Assembly: GCF_009914755.1 (NCBI RefSeq)
Contig: NC_060933.1
From: the human T2T-CHM13v2.0 reference genome, Homo sapiens
Length of the DNA stretch: 64,000 bases
Direction: 5' to 3' (one strand)
In this document: positions 14,951 through 31,800 of the stretch, in pieces
How the letters are laid out: each line of letters starts with the position of its first letter
Numbering within the stretch: the stretch's first letter is position 1
Program-made: the position numbers and the translations under genes
The notes under the pieces: generated by a model
Database searches by the model: none
Seen by the model: the letters and a program-made list of their open reading frames with translations, nothing else
What the model was told of the DNA's origin: nothing

Positions 14951-17039
14951 CTAGGTCCCTAATTTAGAGCCATATTGTTTAATGTCTAAAAGCACTCTTG
15001 CATATTTATTACTGCATTGTTTGAACTTAAATATCCACAACAGGATAACAGGATAATTAAACAGTTAATTGCACTATGGCACATCCATCTGTTAACAAAA
15101 TGAAGTCGATCTTTTGTACTGTGGTGGAAAGATTTTCTGAACATAGTTCAGGTAAAAAAATGACCACTGTTGAATAATGCTTCTGGTATAACACAAAGTG
15201 TTTGAAAATGTACACAATACACTGTAATATCCAATGCATACATCAAAGTAAATATATTTTATTCTAGGATAATTATTAAAACATTAAGAAATATTCTTTA
15301 ATCATATATGTTAAAACTTGTAGAAAATCAATAACATACAAGTAAAGAAGATCAAGAAGCCAAAAAAAGTAATTCCAAGTGTAGAAAGCATGGTGAAAAG
15401 TGATGGAAGGAAACTGCAGAAATTTAAAATGTGAAATTAAAATATATAATTATTAATTAAAATACATAATTCTTAATTAAAATACATAATTCTTCATTGA
15501 ACCCCAAATCTGTCAGGACATATGTGTGATCTTGGATAACGCATTCAACCTCCTGAACACTGAATTTTCTTGACTGTAAAATGTTTTAGAGATGTTCCTC
15601 ACCTGGTTGCATGAAGCAAACCTCTGTGTGTTAAGGCACTTCCCACAGCATCTGCGACACAGAACAGTGGCAGCTGTGCTCTTCATAGTCCCTGAACACA
15701 GACCCACAGCAGTATATTGTGTGTTTTTTTTTATATAAAAGGCTTTGAAAATGTCCCACAGCTTCCTCAGTAACTGATTGTCAAAAGGGGCAGCCTTCAA
15801 AAGTAGAATTCTGGCCAATGTCTTCAAAAGACACAAAATTCTGGCAATGGGCACATTTCCCTCCCCCCTTGCTCTTCTGGATGCATCCATTCTCTCCCAC
15901 AGCATAGTCATTTTCTTCCACTCCACTGTAGAAATTTTCCTTCTAGTGGCAAGAGTGACGTGAGTGATATGTGGAAATTTCTTTCCAAGCGTGTTGGAGA
16001 AGCTTCCTCTGCCTGCTTCTTTTTGGCCACCTCCTGCCAGGGTAAGAGCAGAGGGCCTCCAGGGCTGCTCTGTCACCCCCAACAGCATGGACCTCACTGC
16101 AGTCACTCCGGAAGCTTCCCTCTAAAGGAAGCTTGTGCAGGAAACATCATGCATCGAGCAGCATGGGGACAGGGGCTGGCCAGCTGGGCAGGTCTCACAC
16201 TCCTGACACTCAGACTCCAGGATACTCCTCTGTCCCCACCCAGGGCAGATGCCTGCCCTAAAAGTTTTCCCCTCATGTCCAGCAAATGCTGCATGGAGCC
16301 CTGGATTTCTACGTGGAAAACTAGGAGGAGGGAGAGCTGAAATGAGGATGTAATCACCCTTTCCAAAGAGGTCAGTCCAGTACTACCCTGTGCTCCTGGG
16401 CAAGCTCTCCAGGTTGAGGGAACAGGAGCAGGGGTTATGTCAGGTGAAGGTTGAAGTGAGAGACCTCCCAGGAGGTGTAGAATATTCCACTAGGGACATC
16501 TCATACCCTTCCAGGATTAGACCTTGAGGCCTGGAGATCCCCAGGCAATTAGTATTGAAGGTCGAAAGGCCAATGACAGGAATAGGAAGGCCCACTGTGT
16601 CATTCACAAAGCACTTCCAAACCCATCACCACAGGTGGCCCTCACAACAACCCTGTGAGACCTGCAGGACAGGGGCTCTCACAAAGGAGGAGTCGGGAAT
16701 GTCAAGATTTTAACACCTTCTCCAAGTCAGGATCAGGAAATGCTGTTCCAGCACTGACCTATATTCCCTATGCTTCCTCCCACAAAACAGCTTAGGGTGA
16801 CTGCCAACTTGTGGGCAGAGATCCTCACTTCCAATCCCCACAAGGGGCTGTGCAGTGGGGAGGACGAGGCCCCCTCCTCTGACTGTCTCCTCCAAGACCC
16901 TGTTTTCTGAGGAAGGTCACTCTGGGAACTGTTGGCCTCTGCAGATGGGGACCTGGACCATGTGGAAAGATGATGTGAAGGTCACACCTGGCAGGCACCA
17001 GCGCTGGAGGGCAAACCTCACCTTTAAAACTCACACTTT

Positions 17040-17180
17040 TTTAAAAAATTTATTTTTATTTTTAATTTATATGAGTACATGGTAGGTGTATATATTTATG
17101 GGGTACATGAGATAGTTTGACACAGGCATGCAATGTGTAATAATCACATCAGGGTAAATGGGGCATTCATCACCTCAAGC
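17040..17180 (-). mobile_element. L1MA-like 3' end fragment
   Basis: 'gtatatatttatggggtacatgagat...taataatcacatcagggtaaatgggg' is the reverse of an L1MA 3' end. Confidence 0.7.
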
Positions 17181-17369
17181 AAGGGAAATGCCAGCTGCTT
17201 ATAAAACCATCAGATCACATGAGAACTCACTTACTATCATGAGAACAGCATGGGGAAACTGCCACCATGATTCAGTTACCTCTCACTGGGTCCCTCCCAG
17301 GACACATGAGGATTATGGAAATTACAGTTCAAGATGAGATTTGGGTGGCAACGCAGCCAAACCATATCA
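17181..17369 (-). mobile_element. THE1 LTR fragment
   Basis: Ends 'gatgagatttgggtggcaacgcagccaaaccatatca', the reverse of the THE1 LTR start. Confidence 0.85.
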
Positions 17370-18693
17370 CCTTATAAAATTAATAATGTGGAAATAGCAG
17401 TGGGCCTGAGTCCTGACACCTGCAGTGTGATGCCCCCTCTTGAGGAGGGCCTGGCTTCTGTGCCATGCAGAAACTTTCCTGTGCTTCCTGCTGGCTTGGG
17501 GTGAGCCAGGTCCTCCTGGGGGAGCTGGGCACTTGTGGGACAGGAGAGTCCCTGGCCTGGGGTCTCCATTTGCCTCCTTACCCCATCAGCAAAACACCAG
17601 AGGAGCCAACTCAACAAACCTCAATGCACGGCACTTCCTGGACCCTAGGTGCTCAGGGCCCCCTGAGCTGCCCTGGGGCAGAACACTGGGCAGTGGCCAG
17701 TGCTTTCCCAACAACTCCCCCATGCACAGATGCCTGGTGGACACACTTCCCTTAACCCTGCTCAGCTGGAGCTCAGCCCCCATCCTAGTACCTCTGCCTC
17801 CTCCTCCAGGGCAGGAAAAGGAAACCCAACTCCAAACCCATGGAGAATCCTCATCTTGGGTGAGGCCCTGGCTGGGACTCAGCCCCTTGTCAGGCCCTCG
17901 AGGAGCTCCATCTTCCCTTGTTTCCCTGCCCCATGGGACCCTGGGCCTCTGGGAAAGAGTTGAGGGTGTCATCCACTCAGCAGGTACCGCATGATCTTTG
18001 GGAAGGATTTGTGTTATACCTACTCCTGGTGGGATAGGAGCCTCCGGAGCTGGGCAGTATTTGGGCTGTAGAAACCTGAGAAGCCCCTGACCCATCATGC
18101 ATCAGAGCCCACTCCCAAGATGTGGAGCCATCAGCTGGAAGAGCTGGGCAGTGGCAGGGGACCCCGGACCCTGAGGCCTTCCTCCCTTCCATCAGGTGAC
18201 CCTACCATGTGGTCTCAGCTCTAGGGAGATGGGCCCTAGCTGGAGGCACTGCACAGCAGCATCCTGGGTAAAGGTGCCAGGAGGGCAGGCCTGCCTTTGA
18301 GGCTGTGAGGCAGGGCTGGGGCAGGCAGTGGCTAGTGGAGGGAACCGGGTGGGTGCTGAAGGACTACATGGCCATCTCCTGGACATGGGGTCTGGCTAGG
18401 GGACATGGGATGGGCAGACACTGCCATCTTGACTTCATTGGCCCATCTGTGGGCTAGGGGGGCAGCTGGGAGTGTGGCCAGCTGGGAGGTAGGAGGACTC
18501 TTGGGGAAGTGAGAGTCACCTGCATGAACTCAGGGCTAGAGGGCTGTGGCTCTGGGACACACAGGGTGGCCAGGGGGAGGCTGCAGCGCCCTCTGCTGTT
18601 GGGAATGAAAGGTGTCCACCTTGAAGTGAAAGGGTCCCTGTTCAGCTATGGGCCCCTCTGGGACCCCCAGCAGGGATGTCCTGAAGGCTCCTA

Positions 18694-18939
<246 letters not shown>

Positions 18940-21363
18940 TCACCATGGAAGCATGTCACCTGAGAGGGCTGAGGCCATCTGGGAGGACTCATGTCACTGG
19001 AGAGGACAGAGGTCACCTGGGAGACCTCCCTCAGGCCCCAGGGGATTTAGGGTGCAGACTCTGCACCCCTCCCCTGACCCTGGGCATGAGGACTAAGCAA
19101 GTCCCCCACAACTCAGTTGAAAAGGGACCTGGAGGGACTTCTGCAGTGAGTGTCCAACCTCACATGGTCTGAAGGGGCACAGGCAAGGATCATTCACATC
19201 CCCTATCCTGGGCCAGGCTGGGAAGGCCAGTGTGCCAGGACCGGGGCAGCACCTGTGAACTGCACCCACCACAAGGGCAGGTGGTGGGCCACTGATCTCC
19301 ACACAGTGGGTCCTCTGATGGCCCAGAGGCTGCCTGCCAGGCACAGGAGGGTGGCTGGGTCCAGACCACATGTGAGCAGCCCATGGAGTGATCTCAGCGG
19401 CTCTCCCTGCCTGGAATGGTCTGGGAAGTGGGGGCCAAGCAGGAACAGCCACCTGGGTGACCTCCTCCCTGTCTACTGTGCTCCTACGGGGTTAAGGCAA
19501 AGGGGAAATTGGATCCCTGCCAGGTTTCCAATAAAAAGGCTTCCTCACGATGCAAACTCATTTCATGAAAAAAAGCCTGGCCCCATCAGGCACCTCAGCA
19601 ACTTGTCAAACGTGTCTCCTGCAAGGACTATCCTGTGTGCAACACTGCTAAGCTCCTTGTTTGGGGTGGCACCAGGAGGGGAGTGTCATTTCTTCTTCTG
19701 AGACATGGTGGTTGGGTCCAGGTGACATCAACAGTCTGGGCCCTGAACCCTTTCCATCTCAGCGGGACCCCTTGAGACACCAGCTTCCCTTCCTTGCTTG
19801 GGTGTCGACGCCAGCAGTTCTACCTACTACGTTATTACAGTCAGATCAGGATAAATGTCCTCTCTCTGGAATAAATGCAGTGACCACTGTTCTTTGAGCA
19901 TTATTTATCTTAAATTATTGTTTTAATTAGAAATGTATCTAACTTACATTAGCCAAATTTCCTTTCAATGTAACCAAATTTATTTTAAGTGAAAATTAAA
20001 TATTTACCTTCATCAAGCATTCTATGAATATAAAATGTTTATTTTTTTCAACTTTAGAAGAAATTGAAAATGTCTACGTGCTACTAATCTAAAAAACAGG
20101 CTCTGGGTTTATATGGTGTTAACCTTTCTTCCAAATTTTAAGGAACAGATATTTAAATGCCATCCACTTTGTTTGAAAATACATAAAATGTTTTAAGCTT
20201 TTGACCTCAAAATTTACAATAGCACAGCTACTCCATAATGAATAAACCACAGAATCAAAACGAAGAAAGATTCTACAGACCAGTCTAACCAACAATACAA
20301 TTATAAACTAGTGGTTCAAATATCAAAAACCAATTTCAATGACAAATGCATGGTATGAAAACCCCGCAAATGTCAAGTAGAATATATTATACTTCTTATT
20401 GAATGAAATTATGAGTTGAGAGTAGGAAATCTATGTTTAACCAAGCAAATTAAATAAAGTTTATGAGGAAATTATACTGCTAATGTTTTATTCTTTGGCA
20501 AGCTATTCAGTGGAACACAAAGATATTCTTAATGAAGTCGAAAATATATTTTAAAATGTGACTGAAGTGGATTAAAAAATAATGAGGACATGAATAATTT
20601 TAAAAAGTATTCAGGGATAAAGAGAGAAAAATAAATTTAGATTTCATACATACATAAAATATATTTAAAAAGTTGTGTTTTTTGGTTGTTTGAATAAAAG
20701 GAGCAGATATTTAAATTCCATGCCTTTCATTTTAAAGTTTAGGAAATGCTTATAGCTTTCCACACTGACATTTATACTAACACAGTTAATCTAATCGAGG
20801 GATAACAAAATCAAAACAAGCAGAATTCTCTTGACCAATCTATTTTCTTGATTTTTAAAAGTTAATGTACTCTCAAAGAAACAAAACTATTATTCGTGGA
20901 TTCTGTTATTTGAAAATATTTACTGATCATTTTTACCTTACACCAAGTGATCTCCAGCTCGTGGAAAAATATGTAAAGTTGCCCAGCTTCATTAAGCTTA
21001 AACTCTTCTGAAGGAGAAAAGCAGCAATGGAGTAGGGACATTAAAGCAGGAGTGTGGTGATATGGCTGAGACTTCTACTTGCACACTGTGGTAGCTGTGT
21101 GGAGACTGGATTTAAAAAAGGGCAATGACAGAAGCTTAAATTAGTATCAAATATGGTAATCCTATAATTTTAAGGGTCCTTGAAATAAGAATGTATAATA
21201 GTTCTCATTATTTCCCCAAGAAATCTCTGCACTTGGCCTTGTGAGGGAAGCGCTATAGTTACCAAGTGGTGGGGGTGGGAATGTGAATTTGGAAACAACA
21301 TTTGGAATTATTACACTTTAAAGGTAAAGCTGGCAGGAATTCCATACACATCAGATCTGAAAA

Positions 21364-21515
21364 TGTGCGTGTGTGTGTGTGTGTGTGTCTGTCTGTGTTT
21401 GTGTGTGTGTGAAGCAGGGAGAGAGAGCAAGAGTGAGAGTGAGCAAGAGAGAGAGGAGAGAGAGGGAGAGAATCAGACAGATACAGGAAGAGAGTGACAG
21501 AGCTACAGAGACAGA
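21364..21515. repeat. (TG)n followed by GA-rich simple repeat
   Basis: Visible dinucleotide runs. Confidence 0.9.
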
Positions 21516-22257
21516 ATTAAAAGGGGACACCAAGAATATTGAGCTGAGAAACTATAAAATGGGAGTTGCCATTAAACAGAATGGGGAAGAGCAAATTTGG
21601 GGAGTTTCAGTGGCTCCATACAGACATATTAATTTTGAGATTCCTAACTGACATCCACGTGGATAAGTCAGGGAGTGTTGGGTGTAGTGTCCAGTGTTTA
21701 GGTGTAATATGAAATATCAGGAAATTAATGACACAAAAATTAGTAAGAAAGCAAAGATAAGAAAGATAAGAAGTGAAATTCCTGAGCCTAATGGTCCTCT
21801 AACATTTGAAAAATAGTAAAGATGAAACCTGCAAAAAAGGACTAGGGGTAATTTTCAAAAACGTGGTGGGGGGAAAGTAAGTTAAGTGTTCTGGAATTCT
21901 GTAAAAAAGTTTTACAAAGAGAAGGTGGAGATAGACTGTGTGAAATGCTGCTGATATATAAATTAAGATGAAGGCTGAGAAGTTATGGTTCAATTTATAA
22001 TTTAACAATATGGATAGCACTTATATTTTGATATGAGCAGCTCGTTGGAATGAGTAGGTGAGAAACCATATTGGAGTGGTTGCTGAGATGAAAGTCTGAT
22101 CCCTGGATTCTTAAGGAAAAATTTTATTGGACTGCAGAGGCATAAATTGGATTTTTAATTCTGGAGTCAGGATGTGCTCAGTAAACATGTGCCCATCAAT
22201 GCCTCCTCGCATTTTTTTTTAGCTAGGTATTCTGTTATCTTTTAATAATATAATAAT

Positions 22258-22690
22258 TACCTGCAAAACCTACACCCATGTTGCAGCAAACCACCATGAC
22301 ACATGTATACCTGTGCAACAAAACTGCATGTTCTGCACATTTATCCCAGAACTTAAAGTAGAGAGAGAGAGAGAGAGAGAGAAAACCCAGCCAAGTGCGG
22401 TGGCTCATGACTGTAATCCCAGCGCTTTAGGAGGCTGAGACAGGTGGACCATCTGAGGTCAGGATTGAGAACAGCTTGGCCAATATGGTGAAACCCTGTC
22501 TTTACTAAACATATAAAAATTAGCTGGGTGTGGTGGGGGGCACCTGTAATCCCAGTTACTTGAGAGGCCAAGGCAGGAGAATCACTTGAACCTGGAAGGC
22601 AAAGACTGCAGTGAGCTAAGATCACGCAGCAGCACTACAGCCTGGGTGACAGGGTGAGACGGTCTCAAAAAGAAAAACAAAAACAAAAAA
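22258..22690 (+). mobile_element. L1 3'-end fragment with (GA)n tail, followed by an Alu (22389-22690)
   Basis: 'ctgcatgttctgcacatttatcccagaacttaaagta', then a GA run, then a dimeric Alu. Confidence 0.85.
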
Positions 22691-22996
22691 ACACCCATTT
22701 AATTGACAAACTTTACAAAGACTGATACTAGAGGTTGTTGGAGAGGACGTTGTTCCACATATCTTATGAGTTACCGATGGACAAGTAAGATGGTAAAATG
22801 CCTTTGAAAAACTGACCATACCTGCTATACTTAAATATTCAGATACCAAACACCCAGAAATTCCATCTTGTCATTTATTTCCACAAGAAAAAACAAGAGA
22901 CCTGTATTAAAATATCCATTTCTATTAAAAATAATCACACTAGGTTTCCTGAAATTTTTTTATTGGTAGCTCTTGTTTTCAGCAGTACAACTTCTA

Positions 22997-23846
<850 letters not shown>

Positions 23847-24386
23847 TAACTTAAATAAGTTACTATTTATAACATCTATATACAAACAATATATTACCTG
23901 AGAATACAGTGATAACATTTGTTATGTATAAAATGATTTCAATCTCAGTTAAAAATATTTTTTGCATAAGTTATTGTCATATGCAGATGCTCACATTGTT
24001 TTGTTTAGATGAAAATGTTTGTAACTACTATGCACATTTTTGTTACTTAAGCCTTTTGGTCTTGCTGCCGTAGCAAATCCTGTGCCTCTTAAGAACATGA
24101 ACCTGTTTTACTTCATTTTTTAGCAGATTTCTTAATGAAATATATACCATACTATTTTGTTTAACACATAAGCAGACACCCTGTCAGAAGCAAAGAGATA
24201 TCTACTCCACCATTACCACCCATGCCTCTGCTAATGTGGCTGCTGAAGATGTTACCTAGAGCAGAGGACTTTGTGTTCAACCTAAGCACTTTATATCCTT
24301 TATTTTCAATTGGGTAGGAGATAAAATAATTCAGCAGCAATAAAAGTCACACTTCTTAAAGTTGCAGTCTCGCCAATGCACCACAA

Positions 24387-24952
24387 CGTAGCAGTCTCTC
24401 TTGTGAGGTATCACCTGGCGTTCTTCATCTCACCACCAAGATGATTAAGGGACGGGGACACACAGGTGAGGTGGGAGTGAAAGTTTAACAAGCAAAAGGA
24501 GGAAGCTCTCTGCAGCAGACAAGGGCGTCCAAGTGGATTGCCGTTTTTACAGTTGAATCAAAAAGCTTTTATAAGAAACTCCTCTCAGCTATATATAAAA
24601 CTGTCGGCACAATTCCCTTTATATATCCAGCTGTGGGTATGTCTCTAGTCAAGCACAAAGTGGGCTTCTCTTGTTTCTATAACTGTGGGTTTGTTTTAGG
24701 TAAGCCCCCCTCCTCCCTGCGCAAGTTCCCACAGAGACCGCCATGTATATGCCTGAAAAAGGGAGGAAAATTTTACCTGGGAGCTTGCCAAATACACAAA
24801 GAACAGAAGGCATCTGTGCTGGACCCTGCATGCTTATCTGTTCAGGGCTTATCTGTAGGTGCAGTAGTTGTGATTTTTCAGGCAGACAGCTTCCCTGAGG
24901 ACGAGTCTCTTACTTGTTTACTCAAATAATTTTCCTTTCCTTCTCCCTCAAC
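24387..24952 (-). mobile_element. Solo ERV LTR (LTR9-like)
   Basis: ~565-bp segment ending 'ttttcctttccttctccctca', with LTR9-like 'gttcttcatctcaccaccaagatgattaagg'; family from recall. Confidence 0.5.
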
Positions 24953-25425
24953 ATTGTGCAGCAAAACAGAGTACACTTCTCTTTCCCAGTAAATCAGTGT
25001 TGGTACTCCACTCTGAATACTTGTATTATTGGATTTCTTAGGAAAAAAATATTTGGGATCATAATTTAGATGCCATCAAACAATGAACAAAAATATGCTA
25101 CTTCGTTTCCCTTCTCTTCTCTTGTTACCAGACAATAGCTAGTTTTCTTTTCTCTCCAACTCCTTTTTTCTGTGCTTCTACCTGATTTTTAAAAAAACTT
25201 CTACACATTTCCAATCTTAGTATAGCAGACATCAAATATGTGGTCAAACTACATACATAAGAAGAGTTGAATTATATAATTATATTCAAGCATTTTAAAA
25301 TAATTCCCCTTCAGTTTGTTTTGCAGTTATTTTACATAATCAAATGTCTTCCTGATATACGTCCCAACCCAGTGGTTGTCAAGCTCTGCTTTGTTTTCTA
25401 ATTGCATCAGAATTATCCACAATTC

Positions 25426-25729
<304 letters not shown>

Positions 25730-26195
25730 TAAATCAGCACAACTCAAGATTTAATAAAAAATTCCAAGAGAAGAAACCCAGGAATATGCATTGAAAACGT
25801 CTCCCTCAGGTGATTCTGATGTGATATGTGGTCTGAGTTTAAAATGCAAGGAAAATTACCTTCCCTGCCCTCCAGTTGGCCCTTATGTCCAGATGTCCCT
25901 CTTCCCCTTTCTCACTGTGCTCTCTCCTTCTGTGCCTTTGTTCTATTCTCCCTCCACTTCTCATCCAGATGCCAAGCCCTCTTCCATCAATTGTCCTAAA
26001 ACTCCAAATGGTCAGTTGCCTCTATACTTCCCTCTGTCCCATGAACAAGTTACCCAGGCAAACGTAGAATTTCGGCTTGGACGAAGCTGAATCAAGAGCT
26101 GCAATTAAAGATTTCCCTAAGCCCAGAGGGGACCAGCAAATACTTATAGAAGATTTTGGATTTCCTCCGAATGCATAAGGCTCTGGGTAACCTGA

Positions 26196-26551
26196 TGCTA
26201 TAGACCAAATGTTATTGTCCCTCTCAAATTCAAGTGTTGAAATCTAATTCCCTATGTGATGATATTTGGAGGTAGGGCCTTGGGGAATGATTAGATCATG
26301 AAGGCAGGGACCACATGAGTGGGATTAGTAGCCCCTATTGAAGGCACCATAGAGAGCTCCCTCATCTCTTCTGTCATGTGAGGACATGGTAGAAACATGG
26401 CTATGAACCACAAAGCAAGCCCACACCAGACACAGAATCTGCTAACCACTTGACCTTGAATTTTGCCATCTCCAGAACTGAGAGAAACAAATTTGTTTAT
26501 AAGCTTCCTCATCTATGGCATTCTGTTTTGACCCCAGATTAGCTAAAAACA
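26196..26551 (+). mobile_element. MLT1A/MST-like MaLR LTR
   Basis: 'tgctatag...tgttgaaatctaattccc...tttggaggtagggcctt...catctccagaactgagagaaacaaattt'. Confidence 0.75.
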
Positions 26552-26859
26552 CCAAAATATCAACTTGTACACCAAATTTTCGAAATGGATGCTAAAACTT
26601 TGATGGCAAAAGGTGACTGATCTGCCTGAGAAATGAACCTACATGATCCCTCTTTCCACAAAGCTGGAGGGAGAGTCAACACAAGCAAAAATAGGTCAAA
26701 GTCTTCTAAAAGCCATACCTGAAGGGTTTTCGATATCACTTGATCAGATGGTAATTTAGTCACCCAAAGAACCACAACAAAACACACAACTATCAGAGGT
26801 TTTCAACGTCACCTCAAAAACACCATCTACAATATTAGGGAGTGAAAGAAGTCATAGAA

Positions 26860-28118
<1,259 letters not shown>

Positions 28119-28128
28119 CTAACTCTAG

Positions 28129-28738
<610 letters not shown>

Positions 28739-28879
28739 TGGTTACCAGAATTCTAAGTTCTGTTAGGGTCTGTTGCCAAGGAAGTGAGGTTGCTTCTTTA
28801 AGGTTCCATCCCCTCAGCCTCCTCCTTCCAGAAGACCTACTCAGGACCCCAGTGGGCTGCTGACTGCTCATCCTCCCCA

Positions 28880-31800
28880 CAGGTCAACTCCTTACCTGTA
28901 CACAGTTATGTCCACCCAGGGCCTACTTGGACACCTGCACCTGATGTTCACCAGGGGCCTAGGAATCCACTTGGGGCCTGGGATCCTACAGGGGCCTAAT
29001 GTTACCCTGCAGATTGAGTAGCCACCTGGGGACCAGATATCAACCTGGGGACTGTGGTTGACCTGTGGGTTAATGTCCACCTGGGGACTGGTTATTCAGC
29101 TGAGGCCTGATGCGTACCTGGGGCCGAATGTCCCCCTCAGGGTGAATTCCACCTCAGATCTGTATGTCCACCTGGGGCCTGATGTCTGCCTTAGATCTAT
29201 GTCCCACTGGGGCCTTGTGATCACCGGGGACTGGTATCCAGCTGTGGCCTGATGACCTACTGCATCCTGTTGCTCACCTACGGCCTGGTGTCTACCTGGG
29301 GCTTGGTGATCGCCTGGGAACTGGATATCAACCTGGGGCCTGGGTGTCCACTTAAGGCCTGATGTGTGCCTGGGGCCTGACTGTCCACCTGGGGACTGGG
29401 TGTCCACCTTGGGTCTGATGACTACCTGAAGTTAGGTATCTACCTAAGGCTTGGTGTCTACCTGTGGCCTGATGTCCACATGAGTCTGGGGTTCAGTTGG
29501 GGCCTGCTGTACATCTGGGACCTTGGTGTCTATCTGAGGCCTGATGTCTACCTGGTGACTGCCATCCTCTTGAGGCCTGATATCCACCTGGGAATGGTTT
29601 ATCCATGGAAATGGTTATGTCCGCCTGGGGCTGGATGTTGCCCAGGGGCTAGATGTCCACCTGTGGCCCCGTGTTCACCTAGTGCCTGATGTCCACCTGG
29701 GGCATGGTGTTCACCTGAGACCCGGGTATTTACATAGGGCCTGATGTCCAGCTGGTGCCTAGGTGCCCACTGGGGGCCTTGTGTTAACCTGGGGACTGGT
29801 ATCCAGCTGGGTCCTAATGACCACCTGGGTTGAATTATTCACCTAGAGTTTGGTATTCACTTAGGGCTTGAGTGTCAGCCTTGGACATGGTGTCCACCTG
29901 GGCCTTGGTTATCAAACAAGGGGTTTGGTATCCAGTTGAGACATCATTTGCACCTGGGGTCTGAGTGTTCGCATGAGGCCAGATGACCACTGGGGGCCTG
30001 AATGTCAACCTGGTGTCTGAAATTCACTGGAAGCCTAGGTATCTAGCTGGGGCCTGATGTCCACCTGGGACTAGGTGTCAACATGTGGCCTGATGTAAAC
30101 CTCTAGTTGAGTGTCCACCTTGGGCCTGATGTCCACTGGGGGACTGATGTTCCCCTTTGATCTGATGTCTACCTGGAAACCGTGTATTCACCCATGGCCT
30201 GATGGTCACCTGGGGTTGAATGTCCAACTGTGGCCAGATGTGCACCCGGATTCTGGGCATCCACCTGAGGCCTGATGTTCAGCTGGGGCCTGGAGTTCAC
30301 CTGAGGCATGATGCCTACCTGAAGCTTAATGTTCATCTGAGTGCTGGATGTTCACCTGGGGCCTGATATCCACCTGGACCCTTCTCAGGCCTGATGTCCA
30401 CAGGACCCTTCTCAGGCCTGATGTCCACAAGTTGGCCTGGTATTCATCTGGGGCCTTCGTGTTAACCTGTGGCCTAATGTACTCCTGGGTTCTAGTGTCC
30501 TCTTGGGACCTGATGTCTACCAGGATCCAGGTATCCACCTGGGGCTCGGTATCCACCTAGGGCTTGATATTCACCTGGGGCCTAGGAATCCACTTGATAA
30601 CTGGTGCCATCGGGGTCCTGATGTTCACCTTGGGACTGGGTAACCACCTGAGGCCTGATGTCCACTTAGGGTATAAGTGTTTATCTGGGGTCTAGTGTTC
30701 ACATAGGGTCTGATGTCAACCTTGAGACTAGGTATTCACCAGGGGACTAGTGTCCAGCTGGGGCCAGATGTTCGCTTGGGGCCTGGTGTCAACTTGGAGC
30801 ATGGTTGTCAACCTAGGACCTGATGTCCAGTCCAGTGTCCACCTTGGGCCTGTTTACTACCCGGGGCCTGTGTGTCCACATAGACCGTGGTGTCAATCTG
30901 GGGCCTGGGTATTTACCGGGTGCCTGGATATTCATTGGTACATTATGTCTACTGGAGTCTTTGTGTCAATCTGAGCTCTGATGTCCACCTAGAGATTGGG
31001 TATCCACCTAAGGCCTGGTGTTTACATGGGGCCTGTAACACGAGGTTCCAGATGAACTCAGATGTCCACCTGAGGCCTGATGTCCACCTGAGTTCTGAGT
31101 GTTCACATAGGGCCTGCTGTCAACTTGGGACCTAAGTATTTACCTAGGGCCTGGGTGTCCACCTGGTGCCTGACTTCCAACTAGATCTTGTGTCAACATG
31201 GGGCCTGATGTCCACTTTGGGCCTAGGTAACTTCCTGATGACGAATGCCCACATGGCTCCTAAGGACCATCTGAGGCCTGGTATTAATTTAGAGACTGGT
31301 ATCCACCTGGGGTCCAGGTATCCACTTGGGACCTGATGTTCACCTGGAGTGTAGGAATTCCCGTGGGGCCTGGTATCCACCTTCAGGGTGTGTATCCAAT
31401 TGAGTGCTGGTGTCCACCTGGAGTCCCATGTATACCTGGGGCCTGATGTACACATGGAGCCTGGGAGTCCATCTAGGACCTGATGTTCAGATAAGGGCTG
31501 GCGTTCTCCTGGCCTGGTGTCCACATGGAGCCTGGGTGTACACTTGAAGCCTGATATCCCAGGTGGATACCTGGGCCCCAGTGGTCATCAGATCCTAGGA
31601 ACCTCTCAGGCCCCAGGTGCACGTAAAGCTCCAAGTGGCCACCTAGGCCACAGGTTGATACACAGGGTCCAGGTGGACACTGGGTGCAAGATGAACACCA
31701 GGCCCCAGGTGTCTGCCTAGTCCTCAAGTGGACACCAGGCACTAGATTGACACACAGGTACCAGGTGGATATCAGGCCACAGGTGAACACCAGGCCCCAG

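Noticed and set aside
15513-16106. 197-aa minus-strand ORF as a gene
   Set aside because: Non-ATG start, no recognisable domain, and it lies at the 3' end of the disabled TBC pseudogene.
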